Below the pieces are notes generated by a model. The model did not search any database, was not told the origin of the DNA, and worked only from the letters and a program-made list of their open reading frames with translations. A program made the translations under genes and the position numbers. 63,179 bases of DNA from an uncultured bacterium (lineage in GTDB: Bacteria; Oederibacteriota; JAAXVQ01; JAUVAV01), in assembly GCA_965371665.1 (NCBI GenBank), contig CBDUZI010000003.1:1-63179 (forward strand), given 5' to 3'. This document shows positions 37,190 through 44,973 of the stretch, piece by piece; the stretch's first letter is position 1, and the number at the start of each line of letters is the position of its first letter.

Positions 37190-37559
37190 TCACGTTTTAC
37201 GCCAGCAAGCGCTTCTGCCAGTTCCTAAAACCTTGACTTTCCCTTTGTCTCTCAACCCCTCCAAAACGTTGCGGATCATGGGACGGCTTACCCCAGGGCA
37301 AGCCCGTTCAATATCCGAGATGGAAAAGTCCCCCATTTGTCTTTCAATCGCCGCTATAACAATCTCCGTTTTGGCGCCTTTGGCCGGCTTGATATTTCGC
37401 GCCCGTGCTTCAACTTCTTTGTAAGCCTCCAGTTATGGTACCGAGAAAATAATTGAACCACGAAAAAACATCATGCTTGCCCTTATATTCAGAAATGGCG
37501 TTCATCAGCCACACCGAACCCAGCGGGAGCTTAACCGCATCATTTATGAATGAATTCAT
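37190..37559 (-). pseudogene. Degraded Fic/DOC-family gene remnant (N-terminal stub plus out-of-frame C-terminal winged-helix)
   Basis: My own translation of the minus strand. ATG 37559 gives 'MNSFINDAVKLPLGSVWLMNAISEYKGKHDVF...' and stops at 37410. A second frame (about 37425-37190) reads '...KTEIVIAAIERQMGDFSISDIERACPGVSRPMIRNVLEGLRDKGKVKVLGTGRSACWRKT*', which is like the C-terminal wHTH of Fic proteins. The central HxFx(D/E)GNGR core is absent. Confidence 0.35.
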
Positions 37560-37621
37560 TTGCTTTCTCCGTTCATATCAGAGGTATAGAAGCCCATATT
37601 CCATCTGCCCTTTCGCCCGGT

Positions 37622-37752
37622 CACTTCGACATGCTCAGTGACCGTGGGCGAATCAATCAAAAAACGGTCGTTGAGCTGTTTGTCGGGCTGGTGGCTGAGC
37701 TTGTCGATACAATAAAGTGTCGGGCCCGGTGGCTGAGCTTGTCGAAGCCACT
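37622..37752. repeat. Family-4 cluster (GAGCTTGTCGAA / TTCGACAAGCTC motifs)
   Basis: 'cttcgacatgctcagtgacc', 'ggtggctgagcttgtcgatac', 'ggtggctgagcttgtcgaagccac'. Confidence 0.75.
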
Positions 37753-37969
37753 CGGCCCCTTTGTGGGCGACATTAATCCCTCTTTTAAAACAACGTTTTT
37801 CTTATACCTGGCACCGTGCGCCCAGTATCTTTTTCTTTAATTTTAAATAAACCTCATAATGTGTCATTGCCAAGGTATTAGAAATTGGCGCAGATGCCGT
37901 TTGTCCTGGTTGTATGCGATGTTTAGATATATGAGTGGCCGAAATCCTTGCGCTTGGCCAAGCCACAAC

Positions 37970-39040
37970 TCATGGTATTACCTCAATCTCTCCAGATCGC
38001 GAAAATCCATATATCTTGTCAGTCAATCGGCATAAATAAGGTATTAGTCCATCTCCAAAAAGACCATGGTATTTCCCATTGAAACCAAAACTATCGCGCA
38101 CTTGTACATTCTTGTTAAAAGCTGATATTAAATTGCTGGCTTGCTGGTTGGAAATCCGTTTTATGAACGGTAACAGTTCAGACAAAGGGTTTGCGTCATC
38201 ATATTCTTGACAATCCCGGATAGCTTTGATGTATGCGTTCAACATCCGATCATGCGACATTAATATTTTTACGATTTCTTTTGCGGCCATATCCCACGAA
38301 CAGGAAATCGCTTGAGACTTTCCTAGAAAACCATACGGATCTTTCCCTAATTTAACAGAAATAATCGGCACGCTTCGTCCAAAAGCAAACCCCACTTCTT
38401 GATCCGTCCAATTACTACCATGGAAGTCTTCCGTCATAAGTGCCACAAACGCATCCATTGAAAAAAGGGCGTTCTCGATTTCACTTTGCCATTCTTCAGT
38501 AGGCCGAATGTCTTCATGCGCCACAAAACCAGATATTCCGAAAAGCTTTAGTTTTTCTTTTAATTCTGCTGTTTCTTTTTTAACTTCGGTTTTGTGGCTA
38601 AGAAACAATCTATACCCATCATTCCCCCAGATACGGTTCACGGCTTCGGGCAGAATAGCACGCTTGCCTGCCAAAAGCTTTCCGGATTCTTTTCGCCAAT
38701 CTCGTTCTTCTACGCGTTCCATCTCTAAAAAAACACTGTCGATAAACTCATCCTGAACATTATGAACTTTATTTAGATCATCCTTTATTTGCTTCTGTAG
38801 TTTATCCTTTTTCTTAGCAGCGCTAATATATAATATTTCTGGCATTACCAAATAAAGGGCATGACCATATGTAATACCGCCCATGTTCTCGTAACCACAT
38901 CCTTCATGGACCCTTATTTGAGAATTTACGATAATTTCCTGGAGTTCTTTTTGCCCATCATTCGCGTATAATTTTGAAAGCACCGCCAAATAATGCTCGA
39001 TATTCGAGGATAGTTGCAATTGAGATTCTTGTTCGCTCAT
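37970..39040 (-). CDS. TIR-domain protein with uncharacterised N- and C-terminal domains
   Basis: Central 'YRLFLSHKTEVKKETAELKEKLKLFGISGFVAHEDIRP...MDAFVALMTEDFHGSNWTDQEVGFAFG' fits the bacterial TIR/DUF1863 pattern (FISH ... S-x-W ... E). The gene is visibly lower in GC than its neighbours. Confidence 0.6.
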   Translation of the reverse strand: MSEQESQLQLSSNIEHYLAVLSKLYANDGQKELQEIIVNSQIRVHEGCGYENMGGITYGHALYLVMPEILYISAAKKKDKLQKQIKDDLNKVHNVQDEFIDSVFLEMERVEERDWRKESGKLLAGKRAILPEAVNRIWGNDGYRLFLSHKTEVKKETAELKEKLKLFGISGFVAHEDIRPTEEWQSEIENALFSMDAFVALMTEDFHGSNWTDQEVGFAFGRSVPIISVKLGKDPYGFLGKSQAISCSWDMAAKEIVKILMSHDRMLNAYIKAIRDCQEYDDANPLSELLPFIKRISNQQASNLISAFNKNVQVRDSFGFNGKYHGLFGDGLIPYLCRLTDKIYGFSRSGEIEVIP

Positions 39041-39165
39041 ATCGTTATCCTTACTTCTCCACTCATCAACTTTGGCAATAGCGTATCTTGCAAATTTCCA
39101 AGATTGACGGTGCTGCCAGTGTAATAAGTCCCGTCAGCACATTAAAGAATACACATATAAGGCAT
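39041..39165 (-). pseudogene. Truncated second copy of the GIY-YIG gene 5' end with a nonsense codon
   Basis: 39106-39165 is ~89% identical to 39531-39590. It reads MPYMCIL-TAA-CADGTYYTGSTVNL, against MPYMYILECADGTYYTGSTVNL in the intact copy (GAA to TAA at codon 8). Its ATG overlaps the intact gene's stop (TAATG). Confidence 0.65.
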
Positions 39166-39590
39166 TACTCGCGCCTCACATTAGTCGCTTCGACAAGCTC
39201 AGCGACCACTTTTATTTCTATCCTTTTCTTGCACTCTCCCTGAGCCGTTTGCTGAGCCTGTCGAAGCAGGCGACCGGTCCCTGAGCTTGTCGAAGGGACA
39301 TTTCTGGGATACTGTGTATAGTTTTTTGCCAATTCAGGTAATTTGTTATACTCCGCTTCAAACAATACCTTTTTCTTTGCATGACTCCAGCCCTGTACCT
39401 GCTTCTCCCGATAAAACGCCTCGTCAACTCTTGCGTATTCCTCCGCATAGACGAGTCTAACCGGATGTTTTTTCCTAGTATAGTTCGCTCCGAGCATATT
39501 TTTATGCTCCCAAAGCCGCTTTTCAAGATTGACGGTGCTGCCGGTGTAGTAAGTCCCGTCGGCACATTCAAGGATATACATATAAGGCAT
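39165..39590 (-). CDS. GIY-YIG nuclease-superfamily protein (UPF0213/YhbQ-like) with a repeat-derived C-terminal tail
   Basis: 'YMYILECADGTYYTGSTVNLEKRLWEHK' (GIY...YxG motif), 'RLVYAEEY...A..REKQVQGWS'. The tail 'PSTSSGTG..RLLRQAQ..VVAELVEA' is encoded by GAGCTTGTCGAA-type repeats. Confidence 0.8.
   Translation of the reverse strand: MPYMYILECADGTYYTGSTVNLEKRLWEHKNMLGANYTRKKHPVRLVYAEEYARVDEAFYREKQVQGWSHAKKKVLFEAEYNKLPELAKNYTQYPRNVPSTSSGTGRLLRQAQQTAQGECKKRIEIKVVAELVEATNVRRE
39184..39300. repeat. Family-4 cluster inside the 3' end of the GIY-YIG gene
   Basis: 'gtcgcttcgacaagctcagcgaccac', 'gctgagcctgtcgaagcagg', 'ccctgagcttgtcgaaggg'. Confidence 0.75.
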
Positions 39591-39640
39591 TATTCACAAG
39601 CTCCAATGCTGATTCTGGCCGTTTTTCGTTTGCTTCAACA

Positions 39641-39780
39641 GGGTCGTTTCGACAAGCTCAACGACCGGTTTGAATCCAAGCTCAACGACCGGTTTGACTG
39701 ACTGAACGACCTTGCCGACGCAGCCGAAGTACCGATCCCTAAGCTTGTTTAATTTCCTGTCCCCGAGCTTGTCGAGGGGC
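39641..39780. repeat. Family-4 cluster upstream of the GIY-YIG gene
   Basis: 'ggtcgtttcgacaagctcaacgaccgg', 'caagctcaacgaccgg', 'ccccgagcttgtcgagggg'. Confidence 0.75.
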
Positions 39781-39783
39781 CGC

Positions 39784-40074
39784 TCATTCAACACTCCTTA
39801 ATAACCCGGGCGCAATTTTCCAATTTTCATTGTCATCAGTTATAACCGAAACCGTTTTTTTATGCATTGCGTTAATAACCCCCGTCTTAACCAAGCCATC
39901 GGAACCGGTGAAACTAACCCGCTGGGTTAAATGGAATTTTGCCATTTTTTCGCTGCTTTGTACCTGGGAGAGAACTTTAAGGCGTTCACAAATCATACGG
40001 TTCAGATAAATGAGATCCTTCGCGCTCAAGGTCTTGATAAAATCTTCTATGCGGGGTATATCCAATTCTTTCAT
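39784..40074 (-). CDS. Hypothetical 96-aa protein
   Basis: Clean ORF with no overlapping alternative. No motif recognised. Confidence 0.4.
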   Translation of the reverse strand: MKELDIPRIEDFIKTLSAKDLIYLNRMICERLKVLSQVQSSEKMAKFHLTQRVSFTGSDGLVKTGVINAMHKKTVSVITDDNENWKIAPGLLRSVE

Positions 40075-40089
40075 TCTTTCCCTCCAGCA

Positions 40090-40168
40090 GTAGGGACCGG
40101 TCGCGACCGTTTCCTACGAAAAAATCAAATCCGCGTTGTCTGTAGGAACAGGCATGCCTGTTCCCTAC
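40090..40168. repeat. Two GTAGG...CCTAC-type palindromes (family 3)
   Basis: 'gtagggaccggtcgcgaccgtttcctac' (40090-40117) and 'gtaggaacaggcatgcctgttccctac' (40142-40168). Confidence 0.75.
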
Positions 40169-40193
40169 GAAACCGTCTATCCGGTCCGATGGT

Positions 40194-41300
40194 TTAACCG
40201 CCGGGATAAATTTCATCCAAATCCAAATACTGCTCCACCAGCATTGCGGCATGTTCTATCTTGTCATGCTCCAGCGGACGAATTTTAACCATCAAATCAT
40301 GGATCCGGGAAGCCACGGTATAGGTATCCTGGTTACAATTAATCACCGGTATTCTGGTGCGATGGATTAAATCCATAATAACCGGATGCGGCATGGTCTC
40401 TCCGGTCAGGACAATGCCGGCCACCATTTCGGGGTGGCTTTCTCCCTTGTAGAGCGCCATCCCAATAGCCGCCAAAATAATATCTTCCCGGTCTCCCGGG
40501 GTAATAATCAAAGAACCGGTTTTGAAATAATTCAGAGCCTGATGAACGCTCATGGCGCCCACCAGATTGTGCCTCACCGCCACCTCCAAGGCATTCTCCG
40601 GCAAGTCTCGGCTGATTAGTTCCCCTTCAATTTCTTCCAGAACTTCCTTTAGGGTCGGCGCCGAAAGCACATCATCGTAGGGCAGCACGCCTAAAACTTT
40701 AATGCCTCTCTGTTTGAATCCCTTAACTACCAGTTCTTTTATCTGGTCATATTTGTCCATCTTCACTTTATTAATTACCACCCCGGCTAATTCCACTCCC
40801 TCTTTCTGCAAAAACACACTGCTTAAGGCCACTTCATCAATCGGACGTCCTACCCCGCCGGGAGCCACTATTACCACCGGGGCCTTTAATAATTTAGCGA
40901 CCCTGGCATTGGAAAGCCCAAAAACCGAACCCACGCCCGCGTGCCCGGTTCCCTCGATTACCACAAAATTCCGGTCCTGGCTGACTCTCTCATATGCTTC
41001 CCGGATTTTTACTTCCAATTCTCCTCCCCGGCCGTGCTTAATATATTGGGCTGTAAATCCCCTTCCTACCTTTACCGGATTCATATCCTGCAAGTCAGCG
41101 CCGGTATTGAAAACCATCTCCATAAGCAAGGCATCTTCATCAACCGTTCCTTGCTCGCTCTCAACGGTTCTCTGTCCCACGGGTTTAATATAGCCGATAT
41201 TTTTTCGGCTATGATGCAAATTTCCCAAAATCCCCAAGGAGAGCATGGTCTTTCCCACGTTCTGGTGCGTAGCCGCAATAAAAATCTTTGGCGTACTCAT
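40194..41300 (-). CDS. Pta N-terminal-like protein (BioD/CobQ-type P-loop domain plus DRTGG domain), no acetyltransferase domain
   Basis: 'IFIAATHQNVGKTMLSLG' P-loop, 'IIEGTGHAGVGS', 'LIITPGDREDIILAA' (DRTGG-like). Confidence 0.65.
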   Translation of the reverse strand: MSTPKIFIAATHQNVGKTMLSLGILGNLHHSRKNIGYIKPVGQRTVESEQGTVDEDALLMEMVFNTGADLQDMNPVKVGRGFTAQYIKHGRGGELEVKIREAYERVSQDRNFVVIEGTGHAGVGSVFGLSNARVAKLLKAPVVIVAPGGVGRPIDEVALSSVFLQKEGVELAGVVINKVKMDKYDQIKELVVKGFKQRGIKVLGVLPYDDVLSAPTLKEVLEEIEGELISRDLPENALEVAVRHNLVGAMSVHQALNYFKTGSLIITPGDREDIILAAIGMALYKGESHPEMVAGIVLTGETMPHPVIMDLIHRTRIPVINCNQDTYTVASRIHDLMVKIRPLEHDKIEHAAMLVEQYLDLDEIYPGG

Positions 41301-41320
41301 GGAAACTCCTTTATGCCGAC

Positions 41321-43756
41321 TTAAGCGCCGCTTTTCCTCTGTTTTAATAATTGCTTAACAAGTTCCACGCATTTTACGGCATCTGACGCGTAACCGCCAG
41401 CCCCGATTTCATCGGCATACTGTTGGGTAACCACTGCTCCTCCCAGTATCACCGGAATCCCCAGACCTCTCCGGCGAACCAGCGAGACCACCTTTTCCAT
41501 TTCCAGCATGGTAGTAGTCATAAGGGCGGATAATGCGATAAATTTCGCCTTATTTTCGATGGCTTTCATTAAAATAGTATTCTCATCCACTGATTTACCC
41601 AAATCCACAATTTTATATCCGTTATTCCGTAATAGTAAACCCACTATTTTTTTTCCTATATCATGGACATCGCCCTTAACCGTCGCCAGAATGCCTACGT
41701 CCTGGGCGCCTTGGTTTTCTTGTTTAAGATAAGGCATAAGGCATTGCATGCCCTTTTCCATGGTTTCCGCCGAAGCAATCAACTGGGGAAGAAAGTATTC
41801 CCGCTGATCATATTTCTCTCCCACAATTTGAATGGCTGGAATCATTATCTTCTGAACAATATCATAAGCCAACAGGCCTTTTTTCAGGCCGGCTTGGACA
41901 AGTTCCTGGATTTGCGTCTTTTCTCCCTGGAGAATGTTTTCATATATTTCTCTATCCAGGGAAATTTCCGCTTCTATTTTATGGCGCTTTGCCCGAGACT
42001 CTGGTGCTCCCTTGCTCGTGCATTGATTAATGAATTCACGAGCGCCCTCATCCCGGCCGATTAAAACCTCGGAACTGCGCTTGATTTTCATTAATAACGG
42101 TTCCATGGGATTTGCTATCACCAGGGATAAACCGGCTGATGCCGCCATGGCTAAAAACGCGCTGTTCAAAAATTCCCGGCCCGGCAGGCCAAAAGAAATA
42201 TTGGATAGACCCATGATAGTATTAAGGCCCAGTTCCCGGGAGGCGTAACTTATAGTGCGGAGAGTAATATTAGGTCCGGCCGGATTGGCGGAAACCGCCA
42301 ATACCAGTCCATCCACTACGGCATTTTCGCGGGGAATACCGTGCCGCTCGCAGGCGGCCAAAACCCGTTCCAGCACCTTTTGGCGGCCTTCCCAGTCCGC
42401 TGCGATACCGTCTCCATCCAGCGGCAGTATAATGAAGGCTGCGCCGTATTGCCGAATCACGGGCAGCAGTTTGTTCAGTTTTTTTGCCTCTCCTGAGATG
42501 GAATTCACCAATATCCGGCCCGGATATAAGCGCGCCGCGGCCTCGATTACTTCCGGCTGATCAGAATCAATACATAGGGGCAGATCCGAAAAAACCGCTA
42601 ATTCAGAAACTACCTTGAGCATAACATCTTTTTCTCTAATACCCGGCATGCCCACATTAACATCCAGAATATCCGCCCCGTTTTCTTTCTGCTCTTTGGC
42701 GTAAGTTTTAAGGATATCTAATTTCCCGGCCTTTAATTCAGCTTGAAGCTCCGCCTTGCCGGTGGGATTTATTCTCTCTCCTACTACGCGAATTGGTTTT
42801 TCCGGATCGCATGCCACAACCATGGTTTTTCTGGGACTGGATAAAAGCAGGTGCTTGTTTTCCCGAAACCTTTTAATTCTGGTTTTATGCTTTAGCCGTT
42901 GGTTTAGTACCCGGATATGCTCCGGCGTTGTGCCGCAACACCCTCCCAAAAGGCTGACCCCCGCTTCCCGGAAGGCTTCGCCGTATCCGGAAAATTCCTC
43001 CGGCCCCATGGAAAAACGGGTTTCACCTTTTTCCACCACGGGTAAACCGGCATTGGGTTTTACCAGGATCGGAATTCTGGCGTAGGCATTGATCTTTTTA
43101 ACCATTTCCAGCATTTGCTGCGGCCCGGCAGAACAGTTGAACCCGAAACCGTCGGCTCCCAGGGATTGAAGAATATTCATGCATGTCAAGGGATCGCTGC
43201 CGGTTAAGGTTTTTCCACTTTCATCAAAAGTCATGGAAATGATTACCGGACGCGAAGCCGCCTGCCTGGCCGCCATTAAAGCTATTCTGGCTTCCTGGAT
43301 ATCGATCTGGGTTTCAATTACTATTAAGTCAACTCCGGCCGAATCCAAGGCTCGGATTTGCTCACTAAAGATTTCCAGCCCTTGGTCCAAGCCCGCCTCT
43401 CCGTAGGGTTGGTAAAAAATCCCGGTAGGCCCGACATTTCCCGCTGCCCATCTCCCTTGGGAATGAGCTGTTTCCAATGACAACTCAGCCAGCCGTTGAT
43501 TAATATCGGCAACTTGTTTTTCAAGCCCATAATCACGAAGTTTAATACGGTTGGCTCCAAAAGTCGGCGTATAGATGATCTCCGACCCGGATTCAAGATA
43601 TCCAGCCTGGATTTCCCTGATAATCTCCGGATGCTCAAGACAGTAAACCTCAGGCGATCCTCCGGAAGGCATTCCCATTTTTTGCAGCATGGTTCCGGTT
43701 GATCCATCCAGTAAAATAAGATTTTTATTTGAACTTAAATCTAATTTATTCTTCAT
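41321..43756 (-). CDS. metH: Cobalamin-dependent methionine synthase, short form (Hcy, pterin and B12 domains; no activation domain)
   Basis: 'LLDGSTGTML', 'GGCCGTTPEHI' zinc site, 'ERINPTG' pterin domain, 'GDVHDIGKKIVGLLLRNNGYKIVDLG' (DxHxxG B12 motif). Ends after the B12 domain. Confidence 0.88.
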   Translation of the reverse strand: MKNKLDLSSNKNLILLDGSTGTMLQKMGMPSGGSPEVYCLEHPEIIREIQAGYLESGSEIIYTPTFGANRIKLRDYGLEKQVADINQRLAELSLETAHSQGRWAAGNVGPTGIFYQPYGEAGLDQGLEIFSEQIRALDSAGVDLIVIETQIDIQEARIALMAARQAASRPVIISMTFDESGKTLTGSDPLTCMNILQSLGADGFGFNCSAGPQQMLEMVKKINAYARIPILVKPNAGLPVVEKGETRFSMGPEEFSGYGEAFREAGVSLLGGCCGTTPEHIRVLNQRLKHKTRIKRFRENKHLLLSSPRKTMVVACDPEKPIRVVGERINPTGKAELQAELKAGKLDILKTYAKEQKENGADILDVNVGMPGIREKDVMLKVVSELAVFSDLPLCIDSDQPEVIEAAARLYPGRILVNSISGEAKKLNKLLPVIRQYGAAFIILPLDGDGIAADWEGRQKVLERVLAACERHGIPRENAVVDGLVLAVSANPAGPNITLRTISYASRELGLNTIMGLSNISFGLPGREFLNSAFLAMAASAGLSLVIANPMEPLLMKIKRSSEVLIGRDEGAREFINQCTSKGAPESRAKRHKIEAEISLDREIYENILQGEKTQIQELVQAGLKKGLLAYDIVQKIMIPAIQIVGEKYDQREYFLPQLIASAETMEKGMQCLMPYLKQENQGAQDVGILATVKGDVHDIGKKIVGLLLRNNGYKIVDLGKSVDENTILMKAIENKAKFIALSALMTTTMLEMEKVVSLVRRRGLGIPVILGGAVVTQQYADEIGAGGYASDAVKCVELVKQLLKQRKSGA

Positions 43757-44412
43757 TTGCTCTCTTCCGTGGAGAAAACCGGCAGCAAAGCTGTCACGGT
43801 TTTTTCCGGAAAAAGAATACTTTTATCATTAATTTTTATCCCGTATTTTTCAAATTCCAGAATTTTATAAAAAAAATGTTGATATTGCAGAGAAAAATCG
43901 CTGTATCCGCATGAAAAGCGCCGGCCAATATATCTCCCGGTTCGGTTTAATTCAACGGTTACTTCTTTTTCTATAAAATCCAGGGCAAATTCTACTTTTT
44001 CTGATAAAACCGCGTCCAAAACTACGGCTTTTTCCATCTCCCCTTCATCCTGCAGCTTTTGAATATTATTAAAATCTTCGAGCAGAACCGAGGCGCCTAT
44101 AATAAACACGGATTCCGCTCCCACACACCTTTCTCGCACTAATCGGCCGACAAATCCATATTCGCTTATTTTAACCTCGTGTTGTTTTATTTCTATAGGT
44201 TTTTCCAGATAAAAAGTCCTTACCCGGGTCTCCTTAACCATTTGAGTAATCATGGTTTGATATTTAGCCCAGGCCTTAGCTTTTAACTCCCCGGCCTCAT
44301 CTGAGTTCTTGCCCTTTATAAAATCAGGGTTTTTTCTATAATTAAGTCGGTGAAAAACCCTGATAAGGGGCAGCTCACTGAAAAACAGCGTTTTAATGGT
44401 TAACGCCTTCAT
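43753..44412 (-). CDS. Stand-alone methionine-synthase activation (AdoMet-binding)-like domain protein
   Basis: 4-nt overlap with metH. 'RFSCGYSDFSLQYQHFFYKILEFEKYGIKINDKSILFPEKTVTAL' resembles the 'sPGYgdWpl..Q..lf.lL......gi.Lte..mm.P.kSvs' motif of the MetH activation domain. Confidence 0.55.
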   Translation of the reverse strand: MKALTIKTLFFSELPLIRVFHRLNYRKNPDFIKGKNSDEAGELKAKAWAKYQTMITQMVKETRVRTFYLEKPIEIKQHEVKISEYGFVGRLVRERCVGAESVFIIGASVLLEDFNNIQKLQDEGEMEKAVVLDAVLSEKVEFALDFIEKEVTVELNRTGRYIGRRFSCGYSDFSLQYQHFFYKILEFEKYGIKINDKSILFPEKTVTALLPVFSTEESK

Positions 44413-44957
44413 GTCTTGGCCAAGGTAATCCCCCGGCTGGCCTGGTACTTGCCCCCCTTATCCGCATAGGAAACCTTTGGCAGTCCCTCACTCTGTAAAA
44501 AAAGCACCTGGGCAATACCCTCTTGGGCGTAAATTTTTACCGGGGCCGGCGTAGTGTTTACAATCTGCATAGTTACATGCCCTTCCCATTCCGGCTCCAG
44601 AGGCGTAACATTGACTAGAACTCCGCACCGCGCATAAGTGGATTTCCCCGTGCAAATGGTAATAATATTACGCGGAATGCGAAAGTATTCCAATGAGCAT
44701 CCTAAACAAAAAGTATGCGGCCCAAGTTCCAGCACCGGACCCTGGTAATTCCGGAAATCATCCGGCCGGGCCAACTTGGGATCCACGGTTTTTTCCATAG
44801 CTGGTTGATATATTTTAAACTCATCGGTAAGACGCATATCATATCCATAGGATGATATTCCATAGGATACTACGCCGCCCGAAGTTGGCTCGGCGCATGG
44901 TTCAATCATGCCTTTTTCTTTTGCTAATTTGCGAATAATATGATCCGGCAGCACCAT
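44409..44957 (-). CDS. dcd: dCTP deaminase
   Basis: 'SYGYDMRL', 'GKSTYARCGV', 'PLEPEWEGHVTMQIVN'. Confidence 0.88.
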   Translation of the reverse strand: MVLPDHIIRKLAKEKGMIEPCAEPTSGGVVSYGISSYGYDMRLTDEFKIYQPAMEKTVDPKLARPDDFRNYQGPVLELGPHTFCLGCSLEYFRIPRNIITICTGKSTYARCGVLVNVTPLEPEWEGHVTMQIVNTTPAPVKIYAQEGIAQVLFLQSEGLPKVSYADKGGKYQASRGITLAKT

Positions 44958-44973
44958 TTTTGCTTCCTCCTGA

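Noticed and set aside
37970-39040. The TIR gene as part of a Thoeris, CBASS or Pycsar system.
   Set aside because: No ThsA-like (SIR2/Macro-SLOG), CD-NTase, SAVED, STING or cyclase gene is adjacent. The only cyclase in the window is 10 kb away in a separate operon.
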